A stretch of 64,000 nt of DNA. It comes from Clostridia bacterium (GTDB taxonomy: Bacteria; Bacillota; Clostridia; Oscillospirales; Acutalibacteraceae). Location: positions 19,408-83,407 of the forward strand of contig JAFRJS010000084.1 of assembly GCA_017432165.1 (NCBI GenBank), written 5' to 3'. The notes beneath the pieces were generated by a model. It was not told where the DNA came from, made no database searches, and was given only the letters and a program-made list of their open reading frames with translations. The position numbers were made by a program, and so were the translations under genes. Below are positions 19,171 to 29,888 of this stretch, piece after piece (position 1 is the stretch's first letter; the number at the start of each line of letters is the position of its first letter).

Positions 19171-19572
19171 TTAAACACGTCTTCTTTTTGGCGGACGACA
19201 ACCATTATGTGGAATCGGAGTAACATCTTTTATCATGTTAACTTCAAGTCCTGCTGCTTGAAGAGCGCGAATTGCTGCCTCGCGGCCTGACCCAGGACCT
19301 TTTACATAAACTTCTACGGTTTTCATACCGTGTTCAATAGCTGCTTTTGCTGCTGTATCTGCTGCAGTTTGTGCTGCAAAAGGTGTGGATTTTTTAGAAC
19401 CTCTAAATCCGAGTCCTCCTGCGCTAGCCCACGATACTGCATTACCTTCAATATCTGTTATTGTAACAATTGTGTTATTAAAAGTAGATTTAATATGTGC
19501 TGCTCCGCGTTCAATATTTTTTCTATCACGACGTCTGCGAATAGTTTTTTTGGAGCCACTTTGTACTGCCAT
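19171..19572 (-). CDS. rpsK: 30S ribosomal protein uS11
   Basis: [30 protein letters not shown]...[13 protein letters not shown]. Confidence 0.97.
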   Translation of the reverse strand: MAVQSGSKKTIRRRRDRKNIERGAAHIKSTFNNTIVTITDIEGNAVSWASAGGLGFRGSKKSTPFAAQTAADTAAKAAIEHGMKTVEVYVKGPGSGREAAIRALQAAGLEVNMIKDVTPIPHNGCRPPKRRRV

Positions 19573-19594
19573 TAAATTATTCCTCCTTCACTTA

Positions 19595-19963
19595 TTAACC
19601 TTTTTTGTTTGCCATTGTTTTTCTGGGACCTTTTCTGGTTCTTGCATTTGTTTTTGATCTTTGGCCTCTTACGGGGAGTCCTTTTCTGTGGCGAACTCCT
19701 CTGTAACAGCCTATTTCAATAAGCCTTTTAATATCAAATGCAATATTACTTCTAAGGTCACCTTCAACTTTATATTCTTTGTCGATGCAAGCTCTGAGTT
19801 TTGCCACATCTTCTTCGGTAAGATCTCTTACTCTTGTATCCGGGTTAACTCCGGTTTTTTCAATTATTTTTTTAGCTGTTGTTCTTCCTATACCAAAAAT
19901 ATAAGTAAGACCGATTTCTATTCTTTTATCTCTTGGTAAATCAACGCCTGATATACGGGCCAT
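19595..19963 (-). CDS. rpsM: 30S ribosomal protein uS13
   Basis: [30 protein letters not shown]... Confidence 0.97.
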   Translation of the reverse strand: MARISGVDLPRDKRIEIGLTYIFGIGRTTAKKIIEKTGVNPDTRVRDLTEEDVAKLRACIDKEYKVEGDLRSNIAFDIKRLIEIGCYRGVRHRKGLPVRGQRSKTNARTRKGPRKTMANKKG

Positions 19964-19991
19964 TCTTAAGCCACCTCCAATAAATTATTTT

Positions 19992-20105
19992 TTATCCTTG
20001 TCTTTGTTTATGTTTGGGATTTTCACAAATCACCATTACTCTGCCGCGTCTTTTTATTATTTTGCATTTATCACATATTTTTTTTACAGAAGGTCTAACT
20101 TTCAC
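19992..20105 (-). CDS. rpmJ: 50S ribosomal protein bL36
   Basis: Not in the ORF track because it is too short. GTG start at 20105..20103 gives (M)[36 protein letters not shown], then a stop. GAAGGGGG RBS upstream. Sits between infA and rpsM as expected. Confidence 0.9.
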   Translation of the reverse strand: MKVRPSVKKICDKCKIIKRRGRVMVICENPKHKQRQG

Positions 20106-20388
20106 TATTTTCGCCCCCTTCATTGTTTTGTTTTACAGTTGTTTCAGAATCTTTATCTGCGCTTTTTTCGCCCTTAGAACGCCATGTAATTCGGCCTCTT
20201 GTTAAGTCATATGGGGAAATTTCCACAGTTACGGTATCCCCTTGCAAGATCCTTATATAGTTCATTCTAAGTTTTCCTGATATATGCGCAAGTATAACCT
20301 TGCCGTTAGGAAGCTCTACTTTAAAAGTCGCATTTGGAAGAACCTCAACAACCTTTCCTTCTAATTCAATAACATCTTCCTTTGACAT
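20095..20388 (-). CDS. infA: Translation initiation factor IF-1 with a C-terminal extension of about 25 aa
   Basis: [72 protein letters not shown] is a full S1-like IF-1. It is followed by [25 protein letters not shown]. Start taken at ATG 20388; the GTG at 20415 is an alternative. The stop overlaps the rpmJ start by 11 nt. Confidence 0.9.
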   Translation of the reverse strand: MSKEDVIELEGKVVEVLPNATFKVELPNGKVILAHISGKLRMNYIRILQGDTVTVEISPYDLTRGRITWRSKGEKSADKDSETTVKQNNEGGENSES

Positions 20389-20493
20389 AATTAAGGAGCT
20401 TGAAACTCTTGACACTTTTTTATTTAGATCAAAAGAATCAATTTGCTCACTCCACCACCTCTACTTTAAGATTGAAAAAATTTTGCGTAACTT

Positions 20494-20733
20494 TTAACGA
20501 TTAAATAACTTTAAACTACTTCTAATTAACTTATTAGTTTGAAGATTTTTTTCATTTAAAATCGTATTTGTAATTTTTAAATGAATAATCTTCTTTTTCT
20601 TAGGTTTTTCAAGCGGTCTAAATTTTCCATCGCATACATAAGCATAATTTTTATCAAAACTCATTACAACCTGAAAATCACCTTTGTCATGACCGGCCTT
20701 TGAAATAACTACCGTTCCTTTTGCAATCTGCAT
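20494..20733 (-). CDS. KOW-domain RNA-binding protein (small conserved ORF between map and infA in Clostridia-like genomes)
   Basis: 79 aa. IAKGTVVISKAGHDKGDFQVV has a KOW-like G-x-x-V-x-x-x-x-G-x-D-K-G motif. Position in the operon fits. Confidence 0.7.
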   Translation of the reverse strand: MQIAKGTVVISKAGHDKGDFQVVMSFDKNYAYVCDGKFRPLEKPKKKKIIHLKITNTILNEKNLQTNKLIRSSLKLFNR

Positions 20734-20750
20734 TTAAACACCGCCCTCCT

Positions 20751-21503
20751 TTAAGATGGATCCGTAAGAATAAGCGGACCTTCCGGAGTAATTGCAACAG
20801 TGTGTTCAAAGTGTGCAGAAAGTTTACTATCTACCGTCACGGCTGTCCAACCATCGTCTAAAACTACCACATCGCTTTTTCCAGCGTTTACCATGGGTTC
20901 AATTGCAATAGTCATTCCTTTAACAAGCCTTGCACCATGACCAGGTTTCCCATAATTCGGAACTGAGGGATCTTCATGCATCGACGTGCCCACTCCATGA
21001 CCGACAAAATCGCGTACCACCGAGTAACCACGTGCTTCAACATACCTTTCAACAGTATTACCTATATCTCCGACTCTATTGCCGATTTTTGCACATTTAA
21101 TTCCTTCAAAAAGACTTTCTCTGGTAGCGTCTAAAAGGCTCTGGGCTTCTTTGGTAATATCACCGCACGGGAAAGTCCAAGCGTTATCACCATGAAAACC
21201 ATTTAAACATGCCACTAAATCAATGCTTACAATATCGCCGTTTTTAATAATACGCTTTTTACTGGGTATGCCATGGACGACTTCATCATTAATAGATATG
21301 CAGCTGCTCTTTGGGAAATCACCATACCCTAAGCACGAGGGAATAGCGCCCTGAGATTTAATATATTTATAAATAAGATTATCAATATATTCTGTGCTTA
21401 CTCCGGGCTCAACTGCTTTTCCTCCCAGCTGCAAAGCTCTTGCGGCAATCTTGCCTGATTCTTTCATTAAATCTATCTCATGAACCGACTTTAAAATTAT
21501 CAT
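20751..21503 (-). CDS. map: Type I methionine aminopeptidase
   Basis: 250 aa with VHGIP, DLVACLNGFHGD, GHGVG and EPMVN metal-site motifs. Confidence 0.96.
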   Translation of the reverse strand: MIILKSVHEIDLMKESGKIAARALQLGGKAVEPGVSTEYIDNLIYKYIKSQGAIPSCLGYGDFPKSSCISINDEVVHGIPSKKRIIKNGDIVSIDLVACLNGFHGDNAWTFPCGDITKEAQSLLDATRESLFEGIKCAKIGNRVGDIGNTVERYVEARGYSVVRDFVGHGVGTSMHEDPSVPNYGKPGHGARLVKGMTIAIEPMVNAGKSDVVVLDDGWTAVTVDSKLSAHFEHTVAITPEGPLILTDPS

Positions 21504-22144
21504 TACTTTGCCTCTAATATTTTATTAATTTCCAGTCTTATCTCATCAAGGGATTTAGAACCATCTATCACTACAACTTTATTTTGCTTGCTGTAATAAG
21601 ATTTTAAAACATGAGTTTGCTCGTAATAAACTTTAAGCCTTTGCTTTACTGTTTCTAATTTGTCGTCCATACGTTGAACAAGGGTGCCTGAACAATCGTC
21701 ACATTTTCCGTCAATTTTCGGCTTTGCAGCATCTAAATTAACGTTATATGTTTTTCCACAATCATCGCAAACACGACGCCCGACCATTCTTTTGTAAATG
21801 ATTTCGTCATCAACTTCAATGTCAATAACTTTATCTATTTTTACGTTAGAATTATCCAGCGCCTCGGCCTGAGCTAAAGTCCTTGGAAATCCATCAAGAA
21901 TAAAGCCATTTTTGCAGTCTTCTCGGCTTATTCTGTCTTTTACTATTCCAATAACAACTTCATCAGGAACCAAATTACCTGCATCTATATAAGATTTAGC
22001 TTTAATTCCTATCTCAGAGCCGCTTTTCAACGCTTCTCGTATAATATTTCCCGTCGAAATCGTAGGAATTTTAAAATGCTTAGACATCATTTCAGCCTGA
22101 GTTCCTTTACCGGCACCTGGTGCCCCTAAAAGTATAATGTTCAT
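21503..22144 (-). CDS. adk: Adenylate kinase (Zn-lid form)
   Basis: MNIILLGAPGAGKGTQA P-loop and a CDDCGKTY...CDDCSG lid. Confidence 0.97.
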   Translation of the reverse strand: MNIILLGAPGAGKGTQAEMMSKHFKIPTISTGNIIREALKSGSEIGIKAKSYIDAGNLVPDEVVIGIVKDRISREDCKNGFILDGFPRTLAQAEALDNSNVKIDKVIDIEVDDEIIYKRMVGRRVCDDCGKTYNVNLDAAKPKIDGKCDDCSGTLVQRMDDKLETVKQRLKVYYEQTHVLKSYYSKQNKVVVIDGSKSLDEIRLEINKILEAK

Positions 22145-22206
22145 TATTGAACTCCTTACATAATTAAACGAATTTTCGGCGAAAAATTAAATATTCACCA
22201 ATAAAA

Positions 22207-23532
22207 TTAATCTAAAAATCCTTTATAATGTCTCATCATAAGCTGAGACTCCATTTGTTTAACTGTTTCAAGCGCAACGCCTACCAAGATTATTATTGAA
22301 GTACCACCCATTGAAAGGTTGTGCATCGAACTTAAGTTTGAAAATCCAATTGGTAAAAGCGCGATAAACGCCAGGAACAATGCTCCAAGCAGTGTAACTT
22401 TCGAAAGAATTTTCGAAAGGAAATCTGACGTAGGTTTGCCCGGTCTGATTCCCGGAATAACGCCGTTACTTTGCCTTAAATTATTTGCCATTTCTATTGG
22501 ATTGTAAGTAATTGCAACGTAGAAATACGCAAACATGAGTATCAGGAAGAAATACACTGCCGTATAAACCGGTCCATTAATCGATAACGAATCCAAAATT
22601 GTTTTCATAACACCCGTTGGTCGAGCAAAGAAATTTACCATTTGCGGAACCCACAAAATAGAAGTTGCAAAAATTATTGGCATAACTCCTGCGATACCTA
22701 TTTTAAGCGGTATATGACTATTTTGCCCGGCATACATTTTTCTGCCTACCACACGCTTGGAATATTGAATCGGGATGCGTCTTTCGGCGTCATTCATAAA
22801 CACAATAATCCACATCATAAAGAAGAACATTACAACGAAAACCGGTACATACACAAAGAATTTACCAAAATGCTCCGGATTATTAAGCGCCATTTCAAAG
22901 TACATTACTAATTTTGCAATTAAACTCGGCATTCTGGAAACGATACCTGCAAACATAAGTATTGATATACCATTTCCGACCCCTTTGTCGTTAATTTGTT
23001 CTCCAAGCCACATCATAAGTGCGGTTCCTGCAGTAAAGCAACATATTATTACTATTGCAGTGAAAATTCCTGAAAGGCCCTCAGTATATTTAACGATCGG
23101 TTGGCCACCATAACTACCGTTACGCAAATACATATAAAATCCTGCGCCTTGCAAAAGTCCTATTCCAATTGTTAAATAACGAGTTATTGCCATTAATTTT
23201 TTGCGGCCTTCTTCGCCTTCTTTTTGCAAACGTTCAAGTGCCGGCAATGCTACAGTCATAAGCTGCATAACGATTGATGCATTGATGTACGGCGAAACGG
23301 ACATTGCAAAAATTGTAGCCTGTGCAAATGCGCCGCCTGAAAGCGTATCTAAGTAAGATAAAATTGCTCCGCCTTCAGCCAAACTTCCCAGCATCCCCGA
23401 AAGAGCATTTACATCTAAAAATGGAACCGGTATTGCCGAACCTATTCTAAAAACTATTATTATCATTAATGTGAAAAATAATTTTTTTCTAAGTTCCGGC
23501 ACTCTAAATGAATTAATTAATGTTCTAATCAA
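22207..23532 (-). CDS. secY: Preprotein translocase subunit SecY
   Basis: 441 aa, 10-TM pattern. RIGSAIPVPF and GISILMFAGIVS motifs. TTG start. Confidence 0.96.
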   Translation of the reverse strand: MIRTLINSFRVPELRKKLFFTLMIIIVFRIGSAIPVPFLDVNALSGMLGSLAEGGAILSYLDTLSGGAFAQATIFAMSVSPYINASIVMQLMTVALPALERLQKEGEEGRKKLMAITRYLTIGIGLLQGAGFYMYLRNGSYGGQPIVKYTEGLSGIFTAIVIICCFTAGTALMMWLGEQINDKGVGNGISILMFAGIVSRMPSLIAKLVMYFEMALNNPEHFGKFFVYVPVFVVMFFFMMWIIVFMNDAERRIPIQYSKRVVGRKMYAGQNSHIPLKIGIAGVMPIIFATSILWVPQMVNFFARPTGVMKTILDSLSINGPVYTAVYFFLILMFAYFYVAITYNPIEMANNLRQSNGVIPGIRPGKPTSDFLSKILSKVTLLGALFLAFIALLPIGFSNLSSMHNLSMGGTSIIILVGVALETVKQMESQLMMRHYKGFLD

Positions 23533-23533
23533 A

Positions 23534-23974
23534 TTAGATCACCTCAGCCTTTCCGCCCGCAGCTTCAATTTTTTCGGCTGCAGATTTTGAAAAGAGATGC
23601 GCTTTAACTGTAAAACTTTTGGTAATATTTCCATTACCTAAAATTTTAATTTTGTCAAATTTACGTTTTACAAGACCCATATTAATAAGCTCATTAATAT
23701 CAATTACGGAACCTTCTCCGAATTTTTCGAGTTCGCCAACATTAATTGCCACCACTTTTTGAGCAAAAATATTATTAAACCCTCTTTTTGGAATTCTTCT
23801 TTGAAGAGGCATTTGTCCACCTTCAAAACCCGGGCGAACACCGCCACCGGACCTTGCGTTTTGACCTTTGTGGCCTTTTCCTGCGGTTTTCCCCCAGCCT
23901 GATCCGTGTCCTCTACCTACTCTTTTGGATTTTTTCTTTGAACCTTTAACAGATACTAAATCATGTAATTCCAA
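23534..23974 (-). CDS. rplO: 50S ribosomal protein uL15
   Basis: KRVGRGHGSGWGKTAGKGHKGQNARSGG... Confidence 0.97.
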   Translation of the reverse strand: MELHDLVSVKGSKKKSKRVGRGHGSGWGKTAGKGHKGQNARSGGGVRPGFEGGQMPLQRRIPKRGFNNIFAQKVVAINVGELEKFGEGSVIDINELINMGLVKRKFDKIKILGNGNITKSFTVKAHLFSKSAAEKIEAAGGKAEVI

Positions 23975-24014
23975 CTTTAATTCACCTCCTGCGAATATTA
24001 CGCATTATAAGCAT

Positions 24015-24209
24015 TTATTTACTTTCACGAGTTTCAACCAGATAAGCTATCGCATTAATTTTTCCGCGAGTTGCTTCGTTATCCGGCTGAACCGAAACAT
24101 CGCTGATTTTTCTAAGTCCCAGCGATTTAGCTGTCGCAATGTGATTTTTTTTGCGGCCAGCTAAACTTTTAACAAGTTTTATTTCTATATTTGCTATTTT
24201 TTTTGCCAT
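24015..24209 (-). CDS. rpmD: 50S ribosomal protein uL30
   Basis: 64 aa. IKLVKSLAGRKKNHIATAKSLGLRKI. Confidence 0.95.
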   Translation of the reverse strand: MAKKIANIEIKLVKSLAGRKKNHIATAKSLGLRKISDVSVQPDNEATRGKINAIAYLVETRESK

Positions 24210-24222
24210 TTTGCTGACCCCT

Positions 24223-24723
24223 TTACTTTAATATTTCTTTTACGGTTTTTCCACGAAGCACAGCCACTTCTTCAGCATTTCTAAGGCTTTTGAGCCCTTC
24301 AATTGTAGCTCTTACCACATTGCATGGATTATTTGAACGAAGAGCTTTTGTACGAATATCTTTAATTCCGGCAGATTCTACAACTGCACGAACAGGCCCA
24401 CCAGCTATAACTCCGGTACCGGGTGCAGCAGGTTTCATAAGAACTCTGGCCGCTCCATATTCACCAATAAATTCATGCGGAATTGTATTACCTTTAAGAG
24501 ATACTTTTATAAGATTTTTCTTAGCATCTTCAATTCCTTTGCGAATTGCGTCCGGAACTTCTCCGGATTTGCCGATTCCAAATCCAACTGTTCCTTTTCC
24601 GTCTCCAACCACCATAAGAGCTGCGAATTTAAAAATACGTCCGCCTTTTACAGTCTTGGAAACTCTGTTTATTGCCACAAGTTTTTCTTTTAAATCAAGC
24701 ACTGAAGCATCAATTCTAGCCAA
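24223..24723 (-). CDS. rpsE: 30S ribosomal protein uS5
   Basis: [48 protein letters not shown]. Confidence 0.97.
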   Translation of the reverse strand: MARIDASVLDLKEKLVAINRVSKTVKGGRIFKFAALMVVGDGKGTVGFGIGKSGEVPDAIRKGIEDAKKNLIKVSLKGNTIPHEFIGEYGAARVLMKPAAPGTGVIAGGPVRAVVESAGIKDIRTKALRSNNPCNVVRATIEGLKSLRNAEEVAVLRGKTVKEILK

Positions 24724-24744
24724 AAGTCTTTCCCTCCTCTTACA

Positions 24745-25104
24745 TTAAAAATTAAGTCCGCCTTCTCTGGCGCCTTCTGCTAATTCTTTTACACGACCAT
24801 GGAAAATATATCCTCCGCGGTCAAAAACAACGTCTTTGATTTTTTTCTTAAGAGCACGTTTTGCAATAATTTGGCCAACTTTTTTCGCAGCTTCTTTATT
24901 GCCGCCGTAATCTTTAAAATCTTTTTCGGTTGATGATGCACTCACTAAAGTTGTGCCTTTAACATCGTCAATAATTTGAGCATAAATATTACTCCTGGAG
25001 CGGAAAACATTCATGCGTGGACGATTTGGTGTGCCCTGTATTTTACCGCGCACTCTTTTATGGCGTTTCAAACGGGCCTGATTTTTATCTGCCTTGTTTA
25101 CCAT
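24745..25104 (-). CDS. rplR: 50S ribosomal protein uL18
   Basis: [37 protein letters not shown]...[26 protein letters not shown]. Confidence 0.97.
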   Translation of the reverse strand: MVNKADKNQARLKRHKRVRGKIQGTPNRPRMNVFRSRSNIYAQIIDDVKGTTLVSASSTEKDFKDYGGNKEAAKKVGQIIAKRALKKKIKDVVFDRGGYIFHGRVKELAEGAREGGLNF

Positions 25105-25122
25105 GTTAATTCACACTCCTAA

Positions 25123-25659
25123 TTATTTTTTACCTGTTTTACCTTCTTTGCGGCGAATCACTTCGTCAACATACTTAATTCCTTTACCTTTGTATGGTTC
25201 CGGAGCACGTTTTTCGCGTATTTCCGCTGCAAATTGACCAACTTTTTGTTTGTCCGGACCTAAAACGGTGATTTTATTTCCTTGAACTTCAATTTTAATA
25301 CCATCTATTTCCGGAACAATAACCTGGTGGGAATATCCCAAATTCATAACGAGGTTTTTGCCTTGTTTTTGAACACGATATCCAACGCCGTTAACTTCAA
25401 GTTCCTTTTTAAAACCATTTGTAACTCCCTCAATCATGTTATTAATAAGGGTTCTGGTTAAACCATGAAGCGCTCTGCATTCTTTGTGATCATTAGGTCT
25501 TGTTACTTCTACCACGTTATCTTTAATAGAAACGTTCATTTTTGGATGAACATTGTAAGTAAGAGTACCATTTGGACCTTTTACCGTTACTACGCCATCT
25601 TTTAGATTTACATCTACTCCGGCGGGAATATTTATGGGTTTTCTTCCAATTCTTGACAC
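25123..25659 (-). CDS. rplF: 50S ribosomal protein uL6
   Basis: [31 protein letters not shown]... Confidence 0.97.
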   Translation of the reverse strand: MSRIGRKPINIPAGVDVNLKDGVVTVKGPNGTLTYNVHPKMNVSIKDNVVEVTRPNDHKECRALHGLTRTLINNMIEGVTNGFKKELEVNGVGYRVQKQGKNLVMNLGYSHQVIVPEIDGIKIEVQGNKITVLGPDKQKVGQFAAEIREKRAPEPYKGKGIKYVDEVIRRKEGKTGKK

Positions 25660-25678
25660 TTTTTTGTCACCCCTTCTT

Positions 25679-26077
25679 TTACCAAATAAATGCTAGTACT
25701 TCGCCGCCAACATTTTCCTGTCTGGCTTTGCGATCTGTCATAATTCCTTTTGATGTGGAAACAATTGCTATTCCAAGACCTTTCATAACTTTAGGCATAT
25801 TTTCTACGTCGCTGTAAATTCTAAGGCCGGGTTTTGAAACTCTTTTAAGTCCGGTAATAGCGGGTTTTTTATCCTCGGTATATTTAAGGAAAATCTTAAT
25901 AATACCTTGTTTTCCGTCTTCGGATACAACGAACTTTGTAATGTAACCTTCTTCAAATAATATTTCCACTATGGATTTTTTCATATTAGAAGACGGCACC
26001 TCAACAACTTCGTGCTTTGCAGAGCTTGCGTTCCTTATTCTGGTTAACAAATCTGCAATTGTATCTGTAATTTGCAT
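25679..26077 (-). CDS. rpsH: 30S ribosomal protein uS8
   Basis: [27 protein letters not shown]...GGEVLAFIW. Confidence 0.97.
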   Translation of the reverse strand: MQITDTIADLLTRIRNASSAKHEVVEVPSSNMKKSIVEILFEEGYITKFVVSEDGKQGIIKIFLKYTEDKKPAITGLKRVSKPGLRIYSDVENMPKVMKGLGIAIVSTSKGIMTDRKARQENVGGEVLAFIW

Positions 26078-26104
26078 AAATTATTTACCTCCTTTGCTAA
26101 GTCT

Positions 26105-26290
26105 TTACCAACTTGCTTTCTTTACGCCCGGGATTTCTCCTTTATATGCAAGTTCCCTAAAACAAATACGGCATATACCAAATTTGCGAAGGTAACCATG
26201 CGGCCTTCCGCATATTCTGCATCGGGAATATTCGCGGGTAGAAAACTTTTGTTTACGGCTTTGTTTTACTTTTAATGATGTTTTTGCCAC
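26105..26290 (-). CDS. rpsN: 30S ribosomal protein uS14, type Z (zinc-binding, 61 aa)
   Basis: [38 protein letters not shown]. Confidence 0.96.
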   Translation of the reverse strand: MAKTSLKVKQSRKQKFSTREYSRCRICGRPHGYLRKFGICRICFRELAYKGEIPGVKKASW

Positions 26291-26302
26291 AATAATCCCT
26301 CC

Positions 26303-26842
26303 TTATTTTGCAAATGGTGCACCCATAAGTCTTAGTAATTCTCTTGCTTCATCATCAGATTTAGCAGTTGTTGAAATTGAAATATCCATACCACGAATTT
26401 TGTCAATTTTATCGTATTCAATTTCAGGAAATATAAGTTGCTCTTTAACTCCCATATTATAATTGCCTCTGCCATCAAAAGATTTAGGATTGATTCCTCT
26501 GAAATCCCTAACTCTTGGGAGTGCTAAGTTAAAAAATCTGTCTAAAAATTCATACATTTTTTCGCCGCGCAGTGTTACTTTTGCACCGATTTTCATACCT
26601 TCACGAATTTTAAAATTTGCCACAGATTTTCTGGCTGTACAAACCACAGGTTTTTGACCTGTAATTGTTCCCAAATCTTCCACAATTGAACTAATAACTT
26701 TAGAGTTATCTTTAGCTTCTCCGGCACCGACGTTTATAACGATTTTTTCGATTTTCGGTATTTCCATAACGTTTTTATAGCCGAATTTTTCTTTAAGCTG
26801 AGGAGCAACTGTTTCATTATAAAAATCCTTTAGTCTTGCCAT
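26303..26842 (-). CDS. rplE: 50S ribosomal protein uL5
   Basis: [39 protein letters not shown]... Start moved to ATG 26842, preceded by GGAGGATATTA. Confidence 0.96.
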   Translation of the reverse strand: MARLKDFYNETVAPQLKEKFGYKNVMEIPKIEKIVINVGAGEAKDNSKVISSIVEDLGTITGQKPVVCTARKSVANFKIREGMKIGAKVTLRGEKMYEFLDRFFNLALPRVRDFRGINPKSFDGRGNYNMGVKEQLIFPEIEYDKIDKIRGMDISISTTAKSDDEARELLRLMGAPFAK

Positions 26843-26853
26843 TAATATCCTCC

Positions 26854-27207
26854 TTACAGTACTTCTCCGCATTTTTTACAAGTGCGTTTTTTTGAGCCAT
26901 CTTCCATAAATTTATGTCCGATACGCGTACCTTTTCCGCAATGAGAGCATACTAACTGAACTTTTGAAGCATACATAGCGCCTTCAGTTTTAATTATGCC
27001 GCCCTCCTGACCTGCTTTGCGGGGTTTAACGTGTTTAGAAACAACATTAACACCTTCAATAATTACCTTGCCTTCTTTTGGGCTTACTGCAACAACTTTT
27101 CCTTGTTTGCCGCGTTCTTTACCGCTTAAAACAACAACTGTATCGCCCGTTTTAACGTGTACTTTTCCGGGTTTTGCTGCAATGTTTTTTACTTTTTTAA
27201 ACAACAC
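26854..27207 (-). CDS. rplX: 50S ribosomal protein uL24 with CxxC...CxxC in the C-terminal part
   Basis: [27 protein letters not shown] motif. C-terminus [35 protein letters not shown] start after AGGAGG. Confidence 0.95.
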   Translation of the reverse strand: MLFKKVKNIAAKPGKVHVKTGDTVVVLSGKERGKQGKVVAVSPKEGKVIIEGVNVVSKHVKPRKAGQEGGIIKTEGAMYASKVQLVCSHCGKGTRIGHKFMEDGSKKRTCKKCGEVL

Positions 27208-27220
27208 TAAACACCTCCTA

Positions 27221-27589
27221 TTAAAGAACTTCAGGGGCCAAACTCAATATTTTAAGATAACCGTCTTCGCGAAGTTCTCTTGCGACAGGTCCAAAAATAC
27301 GTGTACCCTTTGGAGTTTTATCTTCTTTGATAATTACAGCTGAATTTTCGTCAAAGCTTATATACGAGCCATCGTCACGGCGAACTTTATCCACAGTGCG
27401 AACAACAACAGCTCTAACAACATCACCTTTTTTAACAACGCCGCCGGGTGATGCTTTTTTAACGGAAGCAACAATCACGTCACCGATTCTGGCATATTTT
27501 CTCTTTGTTCCACCAAGAACTCTTATGCACATAATTTCTTTTGCGCCCGTGTTATCGGCAATTTTCAAACGAGTTTGAGGCTGTACCAC
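27221..27589 (-). CDS. rplN: 50S ribosomal protein uL14
   Basis: [27 protein letters not shown]... Confidence 0.97.
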   Translation of the reverse strand: MVQPQTRLKIADNTGAKEIMCIRVLGGTKRKYARIGDVIVASVKKASPGGVVKKGDVVRAVVVRTVDKVRRDDGSYISFDENSAVIIKEDKTPKGTRIFGPVARELREDGYLKILSLAPEVL

Positions 27590-27638
27590 AGTTAATCCTT
27601 CCTCCTAACCGGTTAAATTTAGTTTTATTAACCTTAAT

Positions 27639-27914
27639 TTATTTTGCTTTTTCGATAATATTTACAAGTCTCCATCTTTTATCTTTAGAAAGAGGTCTTG
27701 TTTCCATGATTTCCACTCTGTCGTTAATTTGACATTCGTTTTTCTCATCATGTACTTTTAATCTTTTTGTATGTTTTACAATTTTTCCGTAAAGTGGATG
27801 TTTTACACTATCTTCCACAGCAACAACTATGGTTTTATCCATTTTATCGCTAACAACTTTTCCAACTTCCACTTTTCTCATATTTCTTTCGCTCAAAGTA
27901 AATCCTCCTTCCAT
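27639..27914 (-). CDS. rpsQ: 30S ribosomal protein uS17
   Basis: [34 protein letters not shown]. The start is either ATG 27914 (overlapping the rpmC stop) or, more likely, TTG 27896, preceded by AAGGAGGA. Confidence 0.93.
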   Translation of the reverse strand: MEGGFTLSERNMRKVEVGKVVSDKMDKTIVVAVEDSVKHPLYGKIVKHTKRLKVHDEKNECQINDRVEIMETRPLSKDKRWRLVNIIEKAK

Positions 27915-28120
27915 TAAGCCTCAGCGGCTGCGCTAAGTTCTTTTTCGCGAAGAATTGTTTGTACTCTTGCGATGTCTTTTTTAACTGCTCTTATACGCAT
28001 AGGATTTTCAAGCTGATTTATAGCAAGTTGAAACCTAAGGTTAAAAAGTTCGGATTTAAGGTCTTTGAGTTTAGTTTTTAAATCATTCTCATTTAAATTT
28101 CTTATTTCTGAAATTTTCAT
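27914..28120 (-). CDS. rpmC: 50S ribosomal protein uL29
   Basis: 68 aa. [36 protein letters not shown]. Confidence 0.96.
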   Translation of the reverse strand: MKISEIRNLNENDLKTKLKDLKSELFNLRFQLAINQLENPMRIRAVKKDIARVQTILREKELSAAAEA

Positions 28121-28545
28121 TACACCTCACCATCCGTTTCTTGTTTTCTTATGAATTTGCACTTAATTGGCAATTTATTTGCTGCCAAACGCATTGCTTC
28201 TTTTGCTGTTTCTTCCGGAATTTCGCCAATTTCAAACATTACTCTTCCGGGTTTTACAACTGCTACCCAGAATTCCGGCGAACCTTTACCTTTACCCATA
28301 CGAGTTTCGGCAGGTTTTTTTGTAATCGGCTTATCCGGGAAAATTTTTATCCAAACTTTTCCTGCTCTTTTGCAGAACCTTGTCATAGCAACACGAGCAG
28401 CTTCTATTTGATTAGAAGTTATCCAAGCGGGTTCTAAAGCCTGAAGTCCGAATTCACCGTTAGAAACTTTGTTTCCTCTGGTTGCGCGTCCGGTCATTCT
28501 TCCGCGATGCACTTTTCTGTACTTAGTTCTTTTCGGCAACAGCAT
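28120..28545 (-). CDS. rplP: 50S ribosomal protein uL16
   Basis: [25 protein letters not shown]... Start moved to ATG 28545, preceded by AAAGGGGG. Overlaps the rpsC 3' end by 23 nt. Confidence 0.96.
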   Translation of the reverse strand: MLLPKRTKYRKVHRGRMTGRATRGNKVSNGEFGLQALEPAWITSNQIEAARVAMTRFCKRAGKVWIKIFPDKPITKKPAETRMGKGKGSPEFWVAVVKPGRVMFEIGEIPEETAKEAMRLAANKLPIKCKFIRKQETDGEV

Positions 28546-29212
28546 CTTTATTGCCCCCTTTCGAAACTTCTTTTTTTGGTGCGTTAGATAAAACTTCACC
28601 TTTATAAATCCAAACTTTTACACCAATAATCCCATAGGTAGTTGCAGCTTCTGCAAAACCGTAATCAATATCAGCTCTGATTGTTTGAAGCGGGATTGTT
28701 CCCTCGTGATAATGTTCGGTTCTTGCGATTTCTGCTCCTCCAAGTCTTCCGGAAACTTGCGTTTTAATACCTTTTGCTCCGGATTTCATTGAACGACCCA
28801 TTGCTTGTTTAAGAGCGCGTCTGAACGAAACTCTCTTTTCAAGCTGCATAGCTATTCCTTCAGCTACTAATTTTGCATTTAAGTCTGAATTTTTAATTTC
28901 AACGATGTTAATAACTACAGGTTTTTTAATAATTTTTTCGCAAAATGCTTTTAATTTTTCGATCTCTGTGCCGCCTTTGCCAATTACAATACCCGGCTTT
29001 GCACAATGAATGTGAAGACGCACTTTTGTGCTATCTCTTTCGATTTCAATTTTTGGAACTCCTGCTGCGCTGAGTTTTTTAAGAAGAATTTTACGAATTT
29101 TGTAATCTTCTACTAATGCATCAGCAAAATCTTTTTTCTTAACAAACCAACGTGAATCCCAATTGTTAATTACACCAACACGAAGACCGTGCGGATTTAC
29201 TTTTTGCCCCAT
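28523..29212 (-). CDS. rpsC: 30S ribosomal protein uS3
   Basis: [23 protein letters not shown]..., with KH and S3-C domains. Confidence 0.97.
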   Translation of the reverse strand: MGQKVNPHGLRVGVINNWDSRWFVKKKDFADALVEDYKIRKILLKKLSAAGVPKIEIERDSTKVRLHIHCAKPGIVIGKGGTEIEKLKAFCEKIIKKPVVINIVEIKNSDLNAKLVAEGIAMQLEKRVSFRRALKQAMGRSMKSGAKGIKTQVSGRLGGAEIARTEHYHEGTIPLQTIRADIDYGFAEAATTYGIIGVKVWIYKGEVLSNAPKKEVSKGGNKDAVAEKN

Positions 29213-29230
29213 AGTTAACCTCCTTTTCCA

Positions 29231-29566
29231 CTAATTTTTTTCTTTTAAAACTATAGTAACATGAGAGCTTCTTTTTTCTATTCTGTATGCTCTACCCTTA
29301 GACATCGGCCTAATTCTTTTTAAAATTGGGCCCGGACATACAAAACATTCTGAAACGTAAAGATTTGAAGCGTCCATTTGATAATTATTTACCGCATTTG
29401 CTATAGCAGATTTAAGCAATTTTTCAAGATACTCACATGCTGATTTTCTTGTGTTTTTAAGAACCGCCATAGCATATTCCACAGGTTTATTTCTTATTAA
29501 ATCAAGAACAACCGAAACTTTTCGCGGCGAAATACGAGCATATCTTAAATGTGCTTTTGCTTCCAT
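29231..29566 (-). CDS. rplV: 50S ribosomal protein uL22
   Basis: EAKAHLRYARISPRKVSVVLDLIRNKPV... Confidence 0.96.
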   Translation of the reverse strand: MEAKAHLRYARISPRKVSVVLDLIRNKPVEYAMAVLKNTRKSACEYLEKLLKSAIANAVNNYQMDASNLYVSECFVCPGPILKRIRPMSKGRAYRIEKRSSHVTIVLKEKN

Positions 29567-29587
29567 GATTACAACTCCTTTCGAGAA

Positions 29588-29866
29588 TTATTTTTTAGCT
29601 GTTGTTTTCGATCCGGCATGACCTTTAAAAGTCCTTGTAGGTGCAAACTCACCTAGCTTATGGCCAACCATATCTTCGGTTACATACACCGGAACGTGTT
29701 TGCGTCCATCATGAACAGCAAATGTATGCCCTACAAATTCAGGGAAAATTGTTGATGCTCTGCTCCATGTTTTTAGAATCTTTTTTTCTCCGGATTTGTT
29801 AAGTTTTTTAACTCTTTCTAATAGAACCGGTTGTACAAAAGGTGCTTTTTTTAAACTTCTACTCAA
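29588..29866 (-). CDS. rpsS: 30S ribosomal protein uS19
   Basis: [19 protein letters not shown]...[38 protein letters not shown]. Confidence 0.97.
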   Translation of the reverse strand: MSRSLKKAPFVQPVLLERVKKLNKSGEKKILKTWSRASTIFPEFVGHTFAVHDGRKHVPVYVTEDMVGHKLGEFAPTRTFKGHAGSKTTAKK

Positions 29867-29888
29867 CGCGATGCACTCCTTTCCCTAA

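Noticed and set aside
24290-24748. 152-aa plus-strand ORF and many other 60-130 aa ORFs antisense to ribosomal protein, secY, pnp, hppA, lepA and aaRS genes
   Set aside because: Each lies entirely within a highly conserved gene on the opposite strand and has no RBS or recognisable sequence. These are ordinary antisense open frames.
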